Below, in pieces: positions 49,084-58,720 of a DNA stretch of 64,000 nucleotides. A program made the position numbers and the translations under genes. The notes beneath the pieces were generated by a model, which did no database searches, was not told where the DNA came from, and saw only the letters and a program-made list of their open reading frames with translations. How positions within the stretch are numbered: the stretch's first letter is position 1; every line of letters begins with the position of its first letter. The stretch covers positions 1 to 64,000 of the forward strand of contig JACPFU010000024.1 in NCBI GenBank assembly GCA_016182785.1, in the 5' to 3' direction. The stretch is from Lysobacterales bacterium (GTDB lineage Bacteria; Pseudomonadota; Gammaproteobacteria; Xanthomonadales; Ahniellaceae).

Positions 49084-49788
49084 CTATCCGGGGCCGCGCT
49101 TGATCGGGCTGCATGTGACGGTCGATTCGTCGACCGTCGAGCGAACCGCGGTTGTCTCGGTCATCACGTCCCACCAGAAAGCCTTGTTTGCCCGGCGCAT
49201 GGCAAGCAGCACCGACATCGGCCATGCGCAAAGGCCAATGCAGGACAGCACCACTCGCGTCGCATACATCGGGGCGTGGCGCCCGCCATTGGGTCTGATC
49301 TGGTATCCGAGTACAAACTGACCGATGGTCGGTCGATGCATGCGCGAGGGTAGATAGAAGTGGAGAAACAGCGCGATGAACACACAGCCCACGCCGCCGA
49401 CCGCGTGGGCGCTGTCCGTCTGGCGGGAGAAGTCGCGTTCAAACGACCAGGCGAAGGCGCCCGAATGGTTCGCCTCTGCCATGAGCATGGGCATGGCGAG
49501 CAGTGGTGACGCAATCAGGACGGCCACCGTGAAATCCAGCAAGAAGGCACCGAGCCTGCGCACTGCGCCAACAACTCGGGTGGAAGCAGGCGCGCACTGT
49601 TGCCGAGGAATCAAGAGAAGCAGCAACACCAGGCCGACGGAAATGGCGATGCTCAGAGCCGAGGAAGATGCGGCAACAAGGCATTCCGAGTTCACGCACG
49701 ACCATGTCACGCCTACGCGCCCACTCGATGCCATCGCGCTCAGGAGGAGGGCGCCAACCACAACGAGGAATCCCATGGAACGGTTCAT
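49084..49788 (-). CDS. RDD-family-like integral membrane protein, hypothetical
   Basis: 234 aa with multiple TM segments and an RDD-like core (RRLGAFLLDFTVAVLIA ... GQFVLGYQIRPNGGR). It lies upstream on the same strand as the ATPase/HNH pair. Confidence 0.4.
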   Translation of the reverse strand: MNRSMGFLVVVGALLLSAMASSGRVGVTWSCVNSECLVAASSSALSIAISVGLVLLLLLIPRQQCAPASTRVVGAVRRLGAFLLDFTVAVLIASPLLAMPMLMAEANHSGAFAWSFERDFSRQTDSAHAVGGVGCVFIALFLHFYLPSRMHRPTIGQFVLGYQIRPNGGRHAPMYATRVVLSCIGLCAWPMSVLLAMRRANKAFWWDVMTETTAVRSTVDESTVTCSPIKRGPG

Positions 49789-50040
49789 TTGCCTCGACGG
49801 AGTTCCGCTTGCTTACGTCCCAATCCACTTGTCATGCGACGATTATGGGGTGTGTGGACCTGTCGCCGGAAGGGCCGCTGTGAGCGACGTCGAGAATCGA
49901 GGCGAATGCGCGGGTTCGGCCCGGTGTAAGCCGCGGTGCAGCGGTCTCCGATGTGCATAGCATCGTTCCGAGGTTTCATACGAGTCTGGAGCGACGCATG
50001 TACGGCTCGCCGCGCTCAAGCCGCTGCTGCGCTGACCCAA

Positions 50041-50090
50041 ACCATGTGGGAGGGCCACTCGTGGCCCGACCCCGTGGCCCGATGGCTCAG
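50041..50090. repeat. REP-type palindromic element
   Basis: CATGTGGGAGGGCCACTCGTGGCCCGACCCCGTGGCCCGATGGC, abutting the stop of the 50087..52033 gene. Confidence 0.55.
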
Positions 50091-52033
50091 GTCTCGAACC
50101 CGTTGCTGAAGATCGCATCGACCAGCTGCGCTTCGACCGCGCCGATGTCGGCATGCACGGCGCTCGCGGGTTCGAGGTTGGCGGTGTAGGGGCGGCCGTA
50201 GAAATCGCGGTTGATCGCGGGCGCGGTGCAGGCGTCGCGCAGGCCGGTGGTCAGGGGTGCGTAGTTCGCGTCGATGCTGAACGCGGCGGGCGCCAGCACC
50301 TCGAAGGTGCCGGTGGTCGGGTCGTTGACCACGGTGTGCAGGCCGAAGTCCGCGGTGCTCTGGAAGAAGCCGCACCAGTAGCGACGGAAGTTGGTGGTCG
50401 GCACGCTGGCCTCGTAACCGACGGTGGCGGGCGTGCCGACGGTGGAGGCGAACGCGCTGGCCTGGGCGTAGGCGATGCCGGTGTTGTAGCCGAGCGGTTC
50501 CCAGCCGAGGCGGAAGAACTCGCTCAGCGCCGAGCGCGTGATCACCGTGCTGTTGCGCACATCGACAGTGCCGTTGTCGCGCGCCGCAAACAGCGACGAG
50601 GTGGACGGCAGTACGTTGCGCGCGGCCACCGTGTTCAGGTCCAGGATCGAGCTGATCAGGATCAGATCAGCGCCGTCATCGGCCATGGCCAGGTCGGGGC
50701 GGAGGCTGTTGCTGTCGATCATGGCGCGGCGCAGTTGCAGCATGCTGTCGCCGCTGGCGTACAGCAGACGGGCGTCGGGCGTGCCGACGCTGTCCACGGC
50801 GTTGTTGTAGAAGCGCACGCAGGGTGTGGCGCCGAAAAAGCTGCAGCTGACGTTGTCGCCGGAGGGTTCGACGATCAGCTCCATGCGGTCACCGGTGCGC
50901 AGCCCGATGAAGCCGGTGCCGGACTGGTCGGAAACGTACAGGTTGCGCAGCCGGAAGCGGCTTTGGCCAGCCGGTGCTGGATCATTGATGGTGGCCCGGC
51001 TGCGGCTGCCGAGCAGACACAGCGCTGAACTCGAAGCACCGCTGTTCGCGGTGACTGCGACCAAGCCGTTGCTACCGAGTGCGGCGCCGAGGTGGCGGAA
51101 GCCGTCCCCCTCCACGGGCAGTCCGGCATCTAGCGAACCGTAGCCAGCCGAGCAGCCAAGGCCGCCGCTGCCACCTTGGTTGCCGATGATCCAGGCGACG
51201 CGGCCGGCAAAGGGGCGCGGCTGGAAACCGCCGCCACCTTCGAGCGTGCCGCGGCAATAGAACGCCGCTCCGCTGTTGGCCTGGTTGTAGCCGATGACGC
51301 CATCACGCAGCACGATGCTGCCGTGGTGGTCGCCGCTGTTGGTGAACGCCGGAGCAGGATTCTGGCCGCCGCAATAAATGCCGCCGCCACGATCGGTGGC
51401 GACGTTGTTGCGGATTTCGGCGCCGTCGTCGATGAACAAGTCGACGCGCGAGGAGGGTATGTCGGTCAGGTTCGATCCGGCCAACGCGACGCCGCCACCG
51501 TTGATCGCGGCATTGTTGCGGATGCTGGTGCCGAGGCCGATCAGCACCGAGGCCTGGCCGCGTACGATCATGCCGCCACCGGACTCGTAGTAGTCGGTGC
51601 CAGGCGTGTCGGTGGTGGCGTCACCGCCGGTGAGCGCGATGCGGCGAATCTGAAACGTGCCGACGCGACCATAGAGCTGCAGGATCAGCACCGGCCCGGC
51701 GAATCCTCCGGCACCATTGAACACGGCGCGATGCGCGTCCTGCGTCGGATCGCCGCTCGGCCCTGCCGCCAGACAGTCGCTGTAGCCGCCCTCCAGGTAG
51801 ATCCCGGTCTGGTTCACGCTGGGCGTGTAGGCCATGCCGTCCGGCACCGCATACACGCCCTTGTTGATGCGGATCGTGTGCGTTCCCGTCTGCGCCTGGA
51901 GCGACACCAGCGCGGCGCCGAGATCGGCATGGGTGCATCCGGTGCCGGTGCCGACGCGCAGGTCGAGGGCGGATGCTGCATTCCACGGCGCGAGCGCGAG
52001 CAGCAGGAGGGCGGCGGTCGGGAATCGGGTCAT
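50087..52033 (-). CDS. secreted right-handed beta-helix (pectin-lyase-fold-like) repeat protein, hypothetical; C-terminal ...FSNGFET
   Basis: Signal peptide MTRFPTAALLLLALAPWNAASA. Repeated G/N/S-rich beta-helix-like segments (NNAAINGGGVALAGSN, IRNNVATDRGGGIYCGG). The 300-codon ORF extension upstream of 52033 is an artefact. Confidence 0.6.
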   Translation of the reverse strand: MTRFPTAALLLLALAPWNAASALDLRVGTGTGCTHADLGAALVSLQAQTGTHTIRINKGVYAVPDGMAYTPSVNQTGIYLEGGYSDCLAAGPSGDPTQDAHRAVFNGAGGFAGPVLILQLYGRVGTFQIRRIALTGGDATTDTPGTDYYESGGGMIVRGQASVLIGLGTSIRNNAAINGGGVALAGSNLTDIPSSRVDLFIDDGAEIRNNVATDRGGGIYCGGQNPAPAFTNSGDHHGSIVLRDGVIGYNQANSGAAFYCRGTLEGGGGFQPRPFAGRVAWIIGNQGGSGGLGCSAGYGSLDAGLPVEGDGFRHLGAALGSNGLVAVTANSGASSSALCLLGSRSRATINDPAPAGQSRFRLRNLYVSDQSGTGFIGLRTGDRMELIVEPSGDNVSCSFFGATPCVRFYNNAVDSVGTPDARLLYASGDSMLQLRRAMIDSNSLRPDLAMADDGADLILISSILDLNTVAARNVLPSTSSLFAARDNGTVDVRNSTVITRSALSEFFRLGWEPLGYNTGIAYAQASAFASTVGTPATVGYEASVPTTNFRRYWCGFFQSTADFGLHTVVNDPTTGTFEVLAPAAFSIDANYAPLTTGLRDACTAPAINRDFYGRPYTANLEPASAVHADIGAVEAQLVDAIFSNGFET

Positions 52034-52180
52034 CGCGTTGCTCCAGGAGATCCGGCGGCCATGGTAGCCCGTTGTCGTGTGCAGCCGCGGTTTGCACCGG
52101 CCCCTCGCCGTGCCTGCCGGCGGATGTGGTGGCGGCTGCAGCACTGATACCCTGCGCGCCTTCCCACGGAGAGAACGCCC

Positions 52181-53116
52181 ATGCGCATCGCCCTGTTGTC
52201 CTCGGCCCTGTTGCTCGCCCTTGCCGCCTGTGGCGGCGCACCCGAACCGGTGGCCAGCAGCGAACCGGTCGCAGCGCCTGCGACCCCGGCTCCCGCCGCG
52301 ACGCCGGCGGTGGTCGCCGATCCGTTCGACGCCATCCTCGCCGGCAGCCACCGCTCCGACGACAACAAGGCGCGCGATCTGTACCGCCATCCGCGCGAGA
52401 CGCTGGCCTTCTTCGGCCTCCACCCGAGCATGACGGTGATCGAGATCACCCCTGGCGGCGGCTGGTACACCGAGATCCTCGCGCCGTACCTGCGCGATGC
52501 CGGCAAGTTGGTCGCGGCGATCTGGGACACCTCGGCGGCCGATGCCTCCGAGTACTACAAGAAGTCCAACCAGGCGCTGGCCGACAAGTTCGCCGCCAAC
52601 GCTGCGGTCTTCGATCGGGTTCAGTTGCACGCTTTCGACACCAAGGCGCCGAGCTTCGGCGACGCCAACTCGGCCGACGCCGTGGTCACCTTCCGCAACG
52701 TCCACAACTGGACCATGGCCGGAAACGACGGCGACTACTTCAAGGCGTTCTTCGCGGTGCTGAAGCCAGGCGGCGTGCTCGGCGTGGTCGAGCATCGCGC
52801 GAACCCGGGCACCACGCTCGAGGCGACCAAGGAATCGGGCTACCTGACCGAGGACTACGTGATCGGCCTCGCCACCGCCGCCGGCTTCGTGCTTGAGGAA
52901 AAGAGCGAGGTCAACGCCAATCCGAAGGACACCAAGGACCACCCGGAAGGCGTGTGGACGCTGCCGCCGAGCTTCGCGCTGAAGGACGTCGACCGCGAGA
53001 AGTATGCGGCGATCGGCGAGTCCGACCGCATGACGCTGCGCTTCCGCAAGCCGTCCGAAATGGCCGATGGCGAGGCGCCGGCGGAGGCACCGGCCGAGCC
53101 TGCGGCGGGCGGTTGA
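52181..53116 (+). CDS. class I SAM-dependent methyltransferase lipoprotein (COG4798-like)
   Basis: Lipobox LALAACGG and methyltransferase fold motifs ([15 protein letters not shown]; [13 protein letters not shown]). Confidence 0.65.
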   Translation: MRIALLSSALLLALAACGGAPEPVASSEPVAAPATPAPAATPAVVADPFDAILAGSHRSDDNKARDLYRHPRETLAFFGLHPSMTVIEITPGGGWYTEILAPYLRDAGKLVAAIWDTSAADASEYYKKSNQALADKFAANAAVFDRVQLHAFDTKAPSFGDANSADAVVTFRNVHNWTMAGNDGDYFKAFFAVLKPGGVLGVVEHRANPGTTLEATKESGYLTEDYVIGLATAAGFVLEEKSEVNANPKDTKDHPEGVWTLPPSFALKDVDREKYAAIGESDRMTLRFRKPSEMADGEAPAEAPAEPAAGG

Positions 53117-53757
53117 TCCTTCTGCTGAACAAGCCCTACGACGTGCTCTGCCAGTTCACGGACGGGCAGGGCCGGCGCACCTTGGCCGACTTCATCGAGC
53201 TGCCCGGAATCTATCCCGCCGGGCGGCTCGACCGCGATTCCGAAGGCCTGCTCGTGCTCACCGACGACGGCGAACTCGCGCATCGCCTCACCGACCCGCG
53301 CCATGCGCACCGCAAGACTTACTGGGTGCAGGTCGAGGGTGATCCGAGCGAGGAACAGATCGAGGCCCTGCGCCGCGGCGTGCCGTTGAACGATGGTCCG
53401 ACGCGTCCGGCCGAGGCGCGCCGCATCGAGGCACCTGCATCGATATGGCCGCGCGACCCGCCGATCCGCGTGCGCCAGCGCATTCCCGATGCCTGGCTCG
53501 AACTGACGATCAGCGAAGGTCGCAATCGCCAGGTGCGACGCATGACCGCAGCCGTCGGATTGCCGACGCTGCGGCTGATCCGTGTCGCCAGCGGCGAGTT
53601 CGCACTCGGCGACCTGGAACCCGGCCGCTACCGCCTCATCGACCCGGTACCGGCGACCCGGTCTCGGCGTAGCGCGCCAGACGCTCGACCTGGGTACCGA
53701 GCACCCGGTCCACGACCGGCGCGACCTGGTCGAGCTGGAAGCGCGCGTCGCCGCTGA
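53113..53757 (+). CDS. rluE: 23S rRNA pseudouridine synthase RluE (RsuA family)
   Basis: [15 protein letters not shown]...[16 protein letters not shown] catalytic motif. Probable TTG start overlapping the upstream stop. The C-terminal ~35 aa are low complexity and overlap the convergent gene. Confidence 0.65.
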   Translation: MILLLNKPYDVLCQFTDGQGRRTLADFIELPGIYPAGRLDRDSEGLLVLTDDGELAHRLTDPRHAHRKTYWVQVEGDPSEEQIEALRRGVPLNDGPTRPAEARRIEAPASIWPRDPPIRVRQRIPDAWLELTISEGRNRQVRRMTAAVGLPTLRLIRVASGEFALGDLEPGRYRLIDPVPATRSRRSAPDARPGYRAPGPRPARPGRAGSARRR

Positions 53758-54169
53758 CGTTGTAGCTGAAGCGCAGCGTGCTGCCGCCCTCGCGGGCTTC
53801 GATCACGAACTCGGCGACACCGCTCGCGCCCCACTCCTGCAGCGGACCGAGCGCGCCGAGCAGGCGCAGGCGATGACCGGGATGCGCCCAGACCACGCGC
53901 GCGTGCTCCACGCTTTGTCCGCCCCAGCGCTCGCAGAAACAACCGCCGGCTGCGGGCTTCAGGCGCAGGCTGCCGGCATCACCGGACCAGGTGTGTTCGG
54001 GGTCCCACCAGTGGCCGATGCGCTCGAGCGAGCGCCACAGCCGCGCCGGACGCACCGTGGTCGAGACGCTGTGGCTGACCTTGAAGCCGCTGGCCGACAC
54101 GTCTTCGACCTTGGCCCAAACCGCACTGGATGCGGCCAGCGCGCACCCGACAATCAGTGGACGAAACAT
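53636..54169 (-). CDS. SRPBCC (Aha1/polyketide-cyclase-like) secreted protein
   Basis: Signal peptide [19 protein letters not shown] and an SRPBCC-like pattern ([25 protein letters not shown]). Confidence 0.5.
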   Translation of the reverse strand: MFRPLIVGCALAASSAVWAKVEDVSASGFKVSHSVSTTVRPARLWRSLERIGHWWDPEHTWSGDAGSLRLKPAAGGCFCERWGGQSVEHARVVWAHPGHRLRLLGALGPLQEWGASGVAEFVIEAREGGSTLRFSYNVSGDARFQLDQVAPVVDRVLGTQVERLARYAETGSPVPGR

Positions 54170-54219
54170 CGCGGAATTCCTCTCACGGGGTGCGGGAATG
54201 GTAGTCGCGAAACACGCGG

Positions 54220-54930
54220 TCACCGCGTTTTTCCGCTCCAGCCGAAGGCGTCGAGGACGCGCTGGAACTCGCTGTCGAGCGGGGCGGTGAAGGCGAGGCG
54301 CTCGCCGCTGCGCGGGTGGGTGAAGGCGAGTTGCCAGGCGTGCAGCAGCAGGCGATGCACGTGCCAGTGCACCATGAACAGGCGGTTGTGCTCGGTGCGG
54401 CCGTGGCTGGTGTCACCGATCAGGTGGTGCGAGATGTGATGGAAGTGCTTGCGGATCTGGCGGTAGCGGCCGGTCTCGGGGTCGACCGCGAGCAGCGCGT
54501 AGCGTTGCTGCGGGTACCTGCCGAGCGCGATCGGCACTTCGACGGTGGCCAGGCGCCGGTAGCGCGTCAGCGCCGGCTTGCGCGGCGAGTTCGGGCGCAC
54601 GTCGCCGAGCGGGTAGTCGATCTCGCCGGTTTCCGGCGGCCAGCCGCGGCAGACGGCGAGATAGCGCTTCTCGATGGTGCGCGCCATGAACTGCTTGCCG
54701 AGCTCGCCGGCGATCTCGCGCGAGCGCGCGATCAGCACCAGGCCGCTGGTCGCGCGGTCGAGCCGGTGCGCCAGGTGCAACTCGCCGCCGACCTCGCTGC
54801 GCAGCCGTTCCAGCAGGTCGGTGTCGACGTCGGCGGCCATCCGGCTCGCGTGCGCGAGCAGACCGGCGGGCTTGTCGATCACCAGCAGGTCGGCGTCCTC
54901 ATGCAGGCGCGAAAGCGCGGCCTCGCTCAT
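54220..54930 (-). CDS. truC: tRNA pseudouridine(65) synthase TruC-like (RluA family)
   Basis: LLVIDKPAGLLAH...HRLDRATSGLVLIA motifs. Its start overlaps the upstream gene's stop (ATGA). Confidence 0.75.
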   Translation of the reverse strand: MSEAALSRLHEDADLLVIDKPAGLLAHASRMAADVDTDLLERLRSEVGGELHLAHRLDRATSGLVLIARSREIAGELGKQFMARTIEKRYLAVCRGWPPETGEIDYPLGDVRPNSPRKPALTRYRRLATVEVPIALGRYPQQRYALLAVDPETGRYRQIRKHFHHISHHLIGDTSHGRTEHNRLFMVHWHVHRLLLHAWQLAFTHPRSGERLAFTAPLDSEFQRVLDAFGWSGKTR

Positions 54931-56384
54931 GCGTGGCTCCGTTGCTGGAACGCGCGCCACAGCGCGTCCTCGAAATTCGGCAGGAAGCGCGCGGGATCGG
55001 TCAGCGAGGAATCCGCGACCCGCCGCGGCAACGATTCCGACAGTGCGTGCCGCCGCGGTTCGTCGGCGAGCAGCGCGACCGCACGTGCGACCAGGTCGTC
55101 GTCGTCGCGGGCGATCAGTTCATCGAGCCCGAGGTGGGCGAGGATCGCCAGGCTCGACCGGGTATGCGGCAGCACGCCCGGCCGCGTCAGCACCGGCAGT
55201 CCGCCGTGCAGGCAGTCGAGGGTGGTGGTCGCGCCGCTGAACACCAGCGGGTCGAGCGCGACGTCGATGCCGGCGACCAGCGCGTGGTATTCGATCTCGG
55301 GCACGCGATCGATCAGCAGCACGCGCGCGTGCAGCTGCGGCGGCATCGACGCGAGCGCGGCCTGGCGCGCACGGGCGCCGGCGACGCCGATCACCCGCAA
55401 CTGCGCCCGCGGCAGCGCTTCGAGCACGCGCGCGGCCAGTGCGTACAACCGCGGCGAGGCCTTGTTGGTGGCGTTGACGATGCCGAGCACCTGGCGCCCG
55501 CGCTCCTGCCGGCGCGGCACCGGTCGCGACGGCGGCAGCGCGCACCACTGCGGCACGTCCAGGCGGATCGCCTGCTCGCGGCACCAGGAGGCGCCTTCGG
55601 GCGGGTCGGTCCAGCGGTCGCAGATGCGACCGTCGATCGCGGCACAGCCGGTGGTCGCGACGTAGTCGAGCCAGGTCAGCTGCAGCGGCGCCGGCCGGTA
55701 GGCGAGCGCCTCCAGCACCGAACCATGACCGTGGCCGATCAGGTCCACGGCGATATCGACGCCGCCCTGCGCCAGCGCCAGCGCCAGTCGCTGCGGTGCG
55801 ATGTCGCGCACCGAGACGTGCGCCACTTGCGGCAGTTGCGCGCGTGCCGCGGCGATCGTGGCTTCGTCGCTGGCGCCGTAGAAGAACGCGGCGTGGAAGC
55901 GGCTGCGGTCGTGGTGCGTGGCCAGCATTGGCACGAAGCGGGCGAGCGCGGTGTGTGCGTCGACGCCGAGATAGGCGATGCGCAGCGGCCCGGGCGCGCG
56001 TTGCGGCAGCTGGCGGAACAGCTCGGCGCGCGTCGGAACGAAGCGGTCGCCGTAGCGGTTGTGCAGGGCCAGGAACAGCGCCGGGTCTTCGGGCTCGCGC
56101 AGCTTCTCCAGGATCAGCCGGTTCTGCGCGATGGTGGCGTCGTCGGGCGCCAGCGCCTCGGCCTCGGCCACCGCGTCGAGTGCTTCGCCGGCGCGGCCCT
56201 GGTGCGCGAGCGTGATCGCGAGTTCGGTCAGCAGCCGCGGTCGCAGCGCCGCGACCGACCACAGCGCGCGGTAGGCATCCTCTGCCGCGTCGAGCTGCCA
56301 GGATGCGCGCAGGCGTTCGGCTTCGCCCAAGGCCGCAGCGATCTGCGCCGGATCGATCGCGTCGATGGGGGGTTGCAGCGGCAT
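54927..56384 (-). CDS. TPR-repeat / O-GlcNAc-transferase-like (GT41-type) protein
   Basis: N-terminal TPR-like helical repeats and a C-terminal GT-B-like region (GIVNATNKASP...VLLIDRVPEIEYHALVAGIDVALDP). Confidence 0.6.
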   Translation of the reverse strand: MPLQPPIDAIDPAQIAAALGEAERLRASWQLDAAEDAYRALWSVAALRPRLLTELAITLAHQGRAGEALDAVAEAEALAPDDATIAQNRLILEKLREPEDPALFLALHNRYGDRFVPTRAELFRQLPQRAPGPLRIAYLGVDAHTALARFVPMLATHHDRSRFHAAFFYGASDEATIAAARAQLPQVAHVSVRDIAPQRLALALAQGGVDIAVDLIGHGHGSVLEALAYRPAPLQLTWLDYVATTGCAAIDGRICDRWTDPPEGASWCREQAIRLDVPQWCALPPSRPVPRRQERGRQVLGIVNATNKASPRLYALAARVLEALPRAQLRVIGVAGARARQAALASMPPQLHARVLLIDRVPEIEYHALVAGIDVALDPLVFSGATTTLDCLHGGLPVLTRPGVLPHTRSSLAILAHLGLDELIARDDDDLVARAVALLADEPRRHALSESLPRRVADSSLTDPARFLPNFEDALWRAFQQRSHA

Positions 56385-56391
56385 GCTGCGA

Positions 56392-58050
56392 TTACCGCTG
56401 CCGGAGCGCCGCGAGGAAGGCCATCACGCCGCCGACCAGCGCGATCCACTGCCCGGCCGGGATGCCGAACCAGCGCGCACCGCCGGATTCGAGCGCATAC
56501 AGCAGCGTCGCCGCGATCAGCAGTGCCGCGCCGATCACCGCCCAGACCACGCGTCGCTGGCCGCGCTCGGACACTTCGGCGAGGCGGCGCAGGTCCTCGG
56601 AGCGGATATGCGAGCGCGCCTCGCCCTCGGCCGCCTGGCGCAACCAGGCGTAGAGCAGGCGCGGCAGCTGCGGGGCTTCGTCGAGCATTTCCGGCAGCCG
56701 TGCGCGCAGGCGTTCGCGCAATGCGTTGGCGCCGAAGCGGGTGCGCATCAGCTCGTTCAGCACCGGCTGCGCCACCGCCCAGATGTCGAGCTTCGGGTGC
56801 AGCAGCCGGCCCACGCCCTCGATGTTCAACAGCGTCTTCTGCAGCAGCAGCAGCTGCGGCTGGATGGTCAGTTCGTAGCGGTGCGCGAGGCGGAACATCT
56901 TGACCACCACCTCGCCGATCGAGATCTCCGCGAGCGGGCGCGTGAAGTACGGCTCGCACACCGAGCGCACCGCGGCCTCGAGTTCGTCGATGCGCACATG
57001 CCGCGGCATCCAGCCGGCCTCGATGTGCAGCTCGGCGACGCGGCGGTAGTCGCGCTCGAACATGGCGCGGAAGTTCTCGGCAAGGTGGCGCAGGTCGGCG
57101 TCCGGCAGCGTGCCCATGATGCCGAAGTCGAGCGCGATGAAACGCGGCTCCTCGCGTCGCGTGGCGTCCACCCAGATGTTGCCGGGGTGGGCGTCGGCGT
57201 GGAAGAAGTTGTCGCGGAACACCTGCGTGTAGAACAGCCGCACGCCCTTCTCGGCAAGCTTGACGCGGTCGATCCCGGCGCCGGCGATCGCCTCCAGGTC
57301 GTCCGACGGAATGCCGTAGACGCGCTCCAGCGTCAGCACGCGGCTCTTCGACCAGTCCCAGTGCACGCGCGGCACATACAGGTCCGGCGAACCCTCGAAA
57401 TTGCGTCGCAGCTGGCTGGCGTTGGCGCCTTCGCGCTGCAGGTCGACCTCGGCGCGCAGCGTGCGCTCGAGTTCGGCGACGATCTCGCGCGGCTGCAGCT
57501 TGTCGGCGCGGTGCCCGGCGTGGCGCTCGAACAGCGCCGCCAGCGCCTTGAGCAGGCGCAAGTCGGACTCGATGCGCGCCTCGACGCCCGGGCGCAGCAC
57601 CTTGACCACCACCTCGCTGCCATCCGGCAGTTCCGCGGCATGCACCTGCGCGATCGAGGCCGAAGCCAGCGGCTCGGCGTCGAAGCGGCGGAACAGCACG
57701 TCGATCGGACGCCCGAGCTCGTGCTCGATCGCACGCCTGGCCTCGATGCCGGGAAACGGCGCGACGCGGTCTTGCAGCAGCGACAGTTCCTCGGCGATGT
57801 CCTCGGGCAGCAGGTCGCGACGCGTCGAGAGGATCTGCCCGAACTTGACGAACAGCGGCCCGAGTTCCTGCAGCGCCAGCCGGAGCCTGGCACCGCGCGA
57901 CAGCAGGCCGATGTCGCCGCGCGGCTTCGGCAGCAGGCCGCGCGCGAAGCGCAGCGCGCGCAGGCCAGGCAGCAGGTCGAGCATGTCGTCGAGACGATAG
58001 CGCGCCAGCGTGGTGCCGATGCCGAGCAGCCGGAACGCAGCGCGGCTCAT
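56392..58050 (-). CDS. ubiB: ubiquinone biosynthesis regulatory protein kinase UbiB
   Basis: ABC1/UbiB atypical kinase motifs ([31 protein letters not shown]) and a C-terminal TM pair. 552 aa. Confidence 0.9.
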   Translation of the reverse strand: MSRAAFRLLGIGTTLARYRLDDMLDLLPGLRALRFARGLLPKPRGDIGLLSRGARLRLALQELGPLFVKFGQILSTRRDLLPEDIAEELSLLQDRVAPFPGIEARRAIEHELGRPIDVLFRRFDAEPLASASIAQVHAAELPDGSEVVVKVLRPGVEARIESDLRLLKALAALFERHAGHRADKLQPREIVAELERTLRAEVDLQREGANASQLRRNFEGSPDLYVPRVHWDWSKSRVLTLERVYGIPSDDLEAIAGAGIDRVKLAEKGVRLFYTQVFRDNFFHADAHPGNIWVDATRREEPRFIALDFGIMGTLPDADLRHLAENFRAMFERDYRRVAELHIEAGWMPRHVRIDELEAAVRSVCEPYFTRPLAEISIGEVVVKMFRLAHRYELTIQPQLLLLQKTLLNIEGVGRLLHPKLDIWAVAQPVLNELMRTRFGANALRERLRARLPEMLDEAPQLPRLLYAWLRQAAEGEARSHIRSEDLRRLAEVSERGQRRVVWAVIGAALLIAATLLYALESGGARWFGIPAGQWIALVGGVMAFLAALRQR

Positions 58051-58676
58051 GCGCGCGCCTGGGAGATGCGCGCGATGCGGGCCTCGAAGCGGTCGACGTC
58101 GTCGCGCAGTTGCGCAACCGCGGCGCCGAACTCGGAAAGCTCGTCGCCGCTGGCGACGTCGCGGCGCTGCTCGCGCAACTGCGTCGAAGCGCCCTCGGCC
58201 AGCGCGATCGCGCCGCTGCGCGCCACGCCGAGCCCGTCGGCGATCGCGCGACCGATCTGCGGACCCAGCGCCGGGCCGAGGTGGCGCGCGAACGCGGCGT
58301 CCCAGTCCGGCGCGAAGCGTCGCGCCAGCTGCTCGATCTGGCGCAGCAGTTCGGCATCACCAGCGATGTTCACCCGACCCGCCGGCAAGCGCGCCTTCGC
58401 CTGCGGCCGCAACATCCCGAGCAGCCCGGCGACCGTGGTCGCCAGCGACAGGTCGGACTCGCCGCGGTTCGGCCCCACGCGCAGCGCGCCTTGCTCGACC
58501 CACAGCCGCAGCGACCATTGCGGCGCCGTCCAGGTCAACGCCAGCGAGCGTCCTTCGAGCTTGCGCAACTCCTCCTCCAGCGCCGGATCGAGCCGCGTCG
58601 CCAGGTTCAGCACGGTTTCCAGCACCGCGCCAAGCCGCGCGCGCAACGGGGACAACGGATCAACGGTCGCATTCAT
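58047..58676 (-). CDS. ubiJ: SCP2-domain ubiquinone biosynthesis accessory factor UbiJ
   Basis: 209 aa, immediately upstream of and overlapping ubiB by 4 nt. SCP2-like N-terminal half. Confidence 0.7.
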   Translation of the reverse strand: MNATVDPLSPLRARLGAVLETVLNLATRLDPALEEELRKLEGRSLALTWTAPQWSLRLWVEQGALRVGPNRGESDLSLATTVAGLLGMLRPQAKARLPAGRVNIAGDAELLRQIEQLARRFAPDWDAAFARHLGPALGPQIGRAIADGLGVARSGAIALAEGASTQLREQRRDVASGDELSEFGAAVAQLRDDVDRFEARIARISQARA

Positions 58677-58720
58677 CGCGGCAGTTTAGCGGGCGGCAGT
58701 GCGATGCGGCTTTGCGCGCC

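Noticed and set aside
52034-52942. 303-codon upstream extension of the beta-helix protein ORF.
   Set aside because: Gly/Arg-rich low complexity. A clean signal peptide begins at MTRFPTAALLLLALA (52033). The region is a likely intergenic/promoter zone shared with the divergent methyltransferase gene.
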